A stretch of 64,000 nt of DNA from Gemmatimonadota bacterium. GTDB lineage: Bacteria; Latescibacterota; UBA2968; UBA8231. The position numbers and the translations under genes are program-made. This document shows positions 59,795 through 64,000 of the stretch, piece after piece. The notes under the pieces are model-generated. The model was not told the DNA's origin and did no database searches. It saw nothing but the letters and a program-made list of their open reading frames with translations. Position 1 is the first letter of the stretch. Every line of letters starts with the position of its first letter. The stretch covers positions 1 to 64,000 of the forward strand of contig JAYOYH010000020.1 in the NCBI GenBank assembly GCA_038153405.1. Direction: 5' to 3'.

Positions 59795-60789
59795 TTAGCT
59801 CCCTCCTTACCGCCTAAATTGAGCACGTTAATCAGGCCTCCCCTACCGTCATTTTCCACTATATATTTCTCCATTTGCGGTAATATGCGCTCCATCGTTT
59901 CCAAATAGAGGCGCGTCTCCGTTACCTTGGGTGCCTTGCGGTACTCGGTATAAACTTGCTTAAAGCGGTCGGCATCGCCCTGGGCACTGCGAACGCGTTC
60001 CACTTGGTAGGCGTCGGCTGCGCGCAGAATGCGCTGCGCCTCGCCACGCGCCTGTGGAATCACTTCGTTTTGGTAGCCGCGCGCTTCGTTGACAAGGCGT
60101 TCGCGGTCCTCTTTGGCGCTAGCTACGTCCTTGAACGCAGCATCGACCTGTTCAGGAGCGCTCACCGTTTGCAATTGCACCGTCTCTACCGCCAAGCCGC
60201 AGTCGTAAATATCGAAGATTTCCTGCAGCTTATCCTTTATTTCTATTTGAATTTCGAGCTTTCCCTCGGTCAGGGCTTCGTCAATGGTGTGACGCCCTAT
60301 GACCTGGCGCAGGGCCGCTTCTGACGCATCGTGCACCAGTCCAAAGCTGCCGCGTTCAAAAACGCCCAAGCCCTCGGCGGAAAAGAGCGTTTTCTCGACG
60401 TTGGTTACGCGATACTGCACGACCATTTCCACGTCAATTATATTTTCGTCGCCGGTCAGCATCAGCGACTCTTTTGCCCGCTTGCTGTAGCGGGCCGGAG
60501 GACCCGGGTCGACTGTGCGAAAGCCAATTTCGTCGCGGTAAACCTGTGTAACCGAACGCACCAACGGCACTTCCATCGGCGAAGGCAGGTGGTAGTGCAG
60601 TCCAGGATCCACGATGGAATGCACTTTGCCAAAGCGTAGAACAACCGCTTGCTCATCGGGCTCTACCGTATAGACTCCGCTCAATCCCCACAGCACGATG
60701 AGCACCCCGATAATGGAGTAGACCGTACGAGGGGTGAAGTTGATGGGCGGGGTACCAGAGCGCTTAGGGAATTCAAATTGTTGAGACAT
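59791..60789 (-). CDS. hflK: FtsH modulator HflK
   Basis: 'MLTGDENI', 'VIPQARGEA', 'RLYLETME'. Confidence 0.95.
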   Translation of the reverse strand: MSQQFEFPKRSGTPPINFTPRTVYSIIGVLIVLWGLSGVYTVEPDEQAVVLRFGKVHSIVDPGLHYHLPSPMEVPLVRSVTQVYRDEIGFRTVDPGPPARYSKRAKESLMLTGDENIIDVEMVVQYRVTNVEKTLFSAEGLGVFERGSFGLVHDASEAALRQVIGRHTIDEALTEGKLEIQIEIKDKLQEIFDIYDCGLAVETVQLQTVSAPEQVDAAFKDVASAKEDRERLVNEARGYQNEVIPQARGEAQRILRAADAYQVERVRSAQGDADRFKQVYTEYRKAPKVTETRLYLETMERILPQMEKYIVENDGRGGLINVLNLGGKEGAK

Positions 60790-60833
60790 AGGTGACCTTG
60801 TGTAAAAGTGAACGACTGTCGGCGCTTAGGCAG

Positions 60834-60862
60834 AATGTATTGTTTGCTGAAGGGAGTGTCAA
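60834..60862 (-). promoter_or_regulatory. Putative sigma70 promoter of the hflKC operon
   Basis: Minus strand TTGACA-N17-TACATT. Confidence 0.65.
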
Positions 60863-60884
60863 CGAAAACAGGTTGGCCGTTCTA

Positions 60885-60913
60885 TTGACAGCAATGGGCT
60901 TTTCCGGTACTCT
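60885..60913 (+). promoter_or_regulatory. Putative sigma70 promoter of clpP
   Basis: TTGACA-N17-TACTCT, back-to-back with the hflK promoter. Confidence 0.6.
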
Positions 60914-60952
60914 CTACGGGCAAAAAAAATTCCTATAATGAGGACCCCGGTA

Positions 60953-61561
60953 ATGGCCATTGTTCCCGTAGTAATAGAGCAAACGGGGCGCGGCGAACGC
61001 GCCTACGACATCTTTTCCCGCTTGCTAAAAGAGCGCATCATTTTCATCGGTACGCCCATCGACGATAGCGAAGCCAACCTCATCATTGCGCAGCTCCTCT
61101 TCCTGGCATCGGAAGACCCCAAAAAGGACATTTCGCTCTACATTAACAGCCCGGGGGGCAGCTTGACTGCTGGGCTGGCCATCTACGATACCATGCAGCA
61201 CGTGCCCTGCGACGTGGCCACCCTGTGCATCGGTCAGGCCTACAGCATGAGTGCGATCTTGCTTTCTGGGGGCACCAAGGGCAAACGGCACGCGCTGCCC
61301 CATGCCCGCCTCATGCTTCACCAGCCTTGGGGCGGTGTGGGTGGACAGGCTTCAGATATTGAAATCCATGCGCGCGAAATCATGAACTGGCGCACTCGGC
61401 TCAACGAAATTATTGTCGCCGACACCGGCCAACCCCTCGAGCGGATCGAAATGGTGACGGAGAGAGATTACTTTCTATCGGCCGAGGAAGGCATCGAATT
61501 CGGCCTTATCGATGCCCTGTTGACCAGCGCGACCGAAGTGGAAAAGGAAGTCCGCTCTTAG
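60953..61561 (+). CDS. clpP: ATP-dependent Clp protease proteolytic subunit
   Basis: '[17 protein letters not shown]', 'YINSPGG', catalytic S (AYSM), H (MLHQP), D (ERD). Confidence 0.97.
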   Translation: MAIVPVVIEQTGRGERAYDIFSRLLKERIIFIGTPIDDSEANLIIAQLLFLASEDPKKDISLYINSPGGSLTAGLAIYDTMQHVPCDVATLCIGQAYSMSAILLSGGTKGKRHALPHARLMLHQPWGGVGGQASDIEIHAREIMNWRTRLNEIIVADTGQPLERIEMVTERDYFLSAEEGIEFGLIDALLTSATEVEKEVRS

Positions 61562-62790
61562 CCCTGCATGGGAAAGGCGATGACTTGGTCAATGTGCTGG
61601 GCGTTCGTTACCAACATGACCAAGCGATCTACTCCGAGGGCCATCCCACCCGCTGGCGGTAGCGCGCATTCCAATGCCGCCAAAAATTCTTCATCAATCG
61701 GCTCATTGGGGCGCGCGCTGCGCGCTTCAACAAAGCGCTTTCGCTGCTCGATCGGATCGTTTAACTCGCTGTAGCCGTTGGCCAGCTCTATCCCTCCGAT
61801 ATACAGTTCTGCGCGCTCCACCCACGCCGAGTTGTTGCCCTTTGGGTTGGCCATTGCCCCGAGTTGCGCTGGATAGTCGACGAGAAAAGCCGCGCCCATT
61901 CGGGCCATCTCGGGTTCGATTTTTTCGATTAATACTTTGTGGAATAGATCGTCCCACGAATCATCGGGTTGCGCACTGCCATACCCCAAACGCCGCATTT
62001 CCGCGAAAAGGCTTTCGGCATCGCCATAGCGAGCCAGGTCTATGTGCCCCCAGCGCAAAAAGGCTTCCCCAACGCTAATGCGCGGCCAAGGAACCGCCTC
62101 GGCCAGAACGCCCCACTGTTTGGACTGTGCGGATGCCTGCAGCAGCACCTCAATGACCAACTCCTCTGTCTGTTGCATGAGGTCCTCGTAGCTAGCATAG
62201 GCTCGATACCACTCGAGCATGGTAAATTCTGGGTTGTGCAGCGGAGAGATTTCGCCGTTGCGAAAACAGCGGCCGAGCTGGTAAATGCGCTCCATGCCGG
62301 CTGCAAGCAGTCTCTTCATATGCAGTTCCGGCGAGGGAGCCATAAAGAGCGTCTTTGTTTTTTCACCGGCGATATAGTGAGTTTCAAACTGATCGATATG
62401 AATTTCACAACCGCGAAAGGACAGGAGCTGCGGCGTCTCGACTTCGGTATAGCAGCGCAGTTCAAAGTGCGAGCGAATAAGCGACAGCACGTGCGCCCGT
62501 GCGCGCATATTGTCCAATATCGCCCGGTCGCTCTCATTAAACCGCTCCCAATCTCCCCCGCTAAGCGGGCGCAGTGCGGGGGCCAGCACGCGCAGTTCCC
62601 AAGCACTTAACCGGCCATCGGACGCAACTGCGCCCCGCACTTCAACCAGATCGCCAATGGCCCACTCGACTTCTAACGGACTCGTAAACCGCACCCGTCC
62701 GGTTGCGTCACCCAGGACACCTTGCCGACCGTCGCCGGCAATCACGCGACCGCGCACCAATACCTCACAGTTTCGATCCAACGAGCCCAT
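61558..62790 (-). CDS. epmA: EF-P lysine aminoacylase EpmA (GenX/PoxA) with N-terminal OB-like extension
   Basis: '[13 protein letters not shown]', '[11 protein letters not shown]', 'ELANGYSEL', 'GMALGVDRL'. Confidence 0.87.
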   Translation of the reverse strand: MGSLDRNCEVLVRGRVIAGDGRQGVLGDATGRVRFTSPLEVEWAIGDLVEVRGAVASDGRLSAWELRVLAPALRPLSGGDWERFNESDRAILDNMRARAHVLSLIRSHFELRCYTEVETPQLLSFRGCEIHIDQFETHYIAGEKTKTLFMAPSPELHMKRLLAAGMERIYQLGRCFRNGEISPLHNPEFTMLEWYRAYASYEDLMQQTEELVIEVLLQASAQSKQWGVLAEAVPWPRISVGEAFLRWGHIDLARYGDAESLFAEMRRLGYGSAQPDDSWDDLFHKVLIEKIEPEMARMGAAFLVDYPAQLGAMANPKGNNSAWVERAELYIGGIELANGYSELNDPIEQRKRFVEARSARPNEPIDEEFLAALECALPPAGGMALGVDRLVMLVTNAQHIDQVIAFPMQG

Positions 62791-62855
62791 TGCCTGGTGT
62801 TCCCCTGGACAGCGGCTGGGATATCGGTCCCTTCTTGACATACTGAAACTCCTAC

Positions 62856-62892
62856 AAAAATCCCCGCAAGAAGCCGGGGCGACTTGCGGGGA
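62856..62892 (-). terminator. Rho-independent terminator after clpX
   Basis: Perfect 10-bp stem tccccgcaag/cttgcgggga followed by TTTTT on the minus strand. Confidence 0.8.
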
Positions 62893-62918
62893 ATCGGATC
62901 GGATAGTGGACGTGCCGT

Positions 62919-64000
62919 TTAGGCGCGCTTGCGATTAAAAACGTAGGTGGGCGGACCTTTGCGCTCAATAAAATCGCGCGTGATAACGCAGGCCTGCACA
63001 TCGTCACGGGAGGGAAGTTCAAACATGATTTCAAACATCACGGTTTCGAGAACAGCGCGCAGCCCGCGCGCGCCCATTTCCTTCACCTGCGCCATTTCGA
63101 CGACTTTAGTCAGCGCGTCGTCTTCAAAGCGCAGCTCAACGCCGTCCATTTCAAATAGCTTTTGGTACTGTTTTATCAGCGCATTGCGGGGCCGATGCAA
63201 GATATCGAAAAGCGCTTTTTCTCCCAGTGGATGCATCGTGCTGAGCACGGGTAGGCGCCCGATCAGTTCGGGTATTAAGCCGAATTGGACCAGATCTTCG
63301 GGTTCGACATAGGCGAGCAAATTATCGTTGGCAACAGTTCGACGCTCTTCGCTTACACTGCCAAACCCCATGGCGCGATGGCCGATGCGGTGGCTGATAA
63401 TCTTATCCAATCCATCAAAGGCCCCGCCGCAGATAAAGAGGATGTTGCGCGTATTAATCTGCACTAGCGGTTGTTCGGGATGTTTTCTGCCGCCCTTAGG
63501 GGGGACGCCCGAGACGGTACCCTCGAGGATTTTGAGCAACTCTTGCTGCACGCCCTCGCCCGAAACATCGCGCGTTATGGAGGGATTACCCGATTTGCGG
63601 GCAATTTTATCGACCTCGTCAATAAAGAGGATACCGCGCTCAGCTTGGCTGACGTCGTAATCTGCCGCTTGCAGTATGCGGACCAGAATATTCTCAACAT
63701 CTTCCCCAACGTAGCCGGCTTCGGTAAGAACGGTGGCATCAACTATGGCAAAGGGCACCTGTAAGACGCGAGCCAGCGTCTCGGCAAGGAGCGTTTTGCC
63801 GGTTCCAGTCGGGCCGATGAGTAGTATATTGCTCTTGGACAACTCGACATCCGAAGCGCCCGAATACACTCTCTTGTAGTGGTTGTATACGGCGACGGAA
63901 AGCGCTTTCTTCGCGCGCTCCTGGCCGATGATATGCAGATCGAGGTGCTCTTTGATCTCGGCAGGTTTGGGCAGCGGCCCGCCGTTGACATTGGGTTCCT
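62919..64000 (-). CDS. clpX: ATP-dependent Clp protease ATP-binding subunit ClpX (5' partial)
   Basis: '[15 protein letters not shown]', '[10 protein letters not shown]', '[13 protein letters not shown]', 'GGRKHP', MGF loop; frame open to the window edge. Confidence 0.97.
   Translation of the reverse strand, partial: EPNVNGGPLPKPAEIKEHLDLHIIGQERAKKALSVAVYNHYKRVYSGASDVELSKSNILLIGPTGTGKTLLAETLARVLQVPFAIVDATVLTEAGYVGEDVENILVRILQAADYDVSQAERGILFIDEVDKIARKSGNPSITRDVSGEGVQQELLKILEGTVSGVPPKGGRKHPEQPLVQINTRNILFICGGAFDGLDKIISHRIGHRAMGFGSVSEERRTVANDNLLAYVEPEDLVQFGLIPELIGRLPVLSTMHPLGEKALFDILHRPRNALIKQYQKLFEMDGVELRFEDDALTKVVEMAQVKEMGARGLRAVLETVMFEIMFELPSRDDVQACVITRDFIERKGPPTYVFNRKRA

Overview
About 57% GC, gene-dense bacterial chromosome window, mostly housekeeping. 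I found no rRNA, tRNA, CRISPR array, phage or transposase. It holds a 5-gene family-5 (Dpp/Opp) ABC importer, mutL, hprK-rsgA, two prs paralogues with apt and acyP, a RHH/PIN (VapBC-like) pair, a plant-type threonine synthase next to a plant-type cystathionine gamma-synthase, thiT, trkAH, a satellite bacterial-microcompartment locus (BMC-H shell protein plus class II aldolase with an encapsulation peptide), ychF-rqcH-valS, a murQ-led operon, hemL, an orphan fliN, a YmfF/YmfH-like M16 peptidase pair, gmd, gcvT/gcvP, coaE, hflKC, clpP, epmA and a partial clpX. The gene mix loosely suggests an FCB/PVC-related lineage such as Latescibacterota (weak inference). The most notable observations are: (1) a sigma54-preceded acidic protein with multiple CheZ/FliM-like 'SQDEIDAL' motifs, alongside scattered FliN, PilZ and atypical receiver genes; (2) the satellite BMC locus; (3) the plant-like O-phosphohomoserine branch-point pair; (4) several apparent pseudo-enzymes (prs paralogue, PIN, receiver, THUMP-methyltransferase, MutL endonuclease site); and (5) two small proteins missing from the ORF track. 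All family calls come from motif recognition by eye, not database searches.
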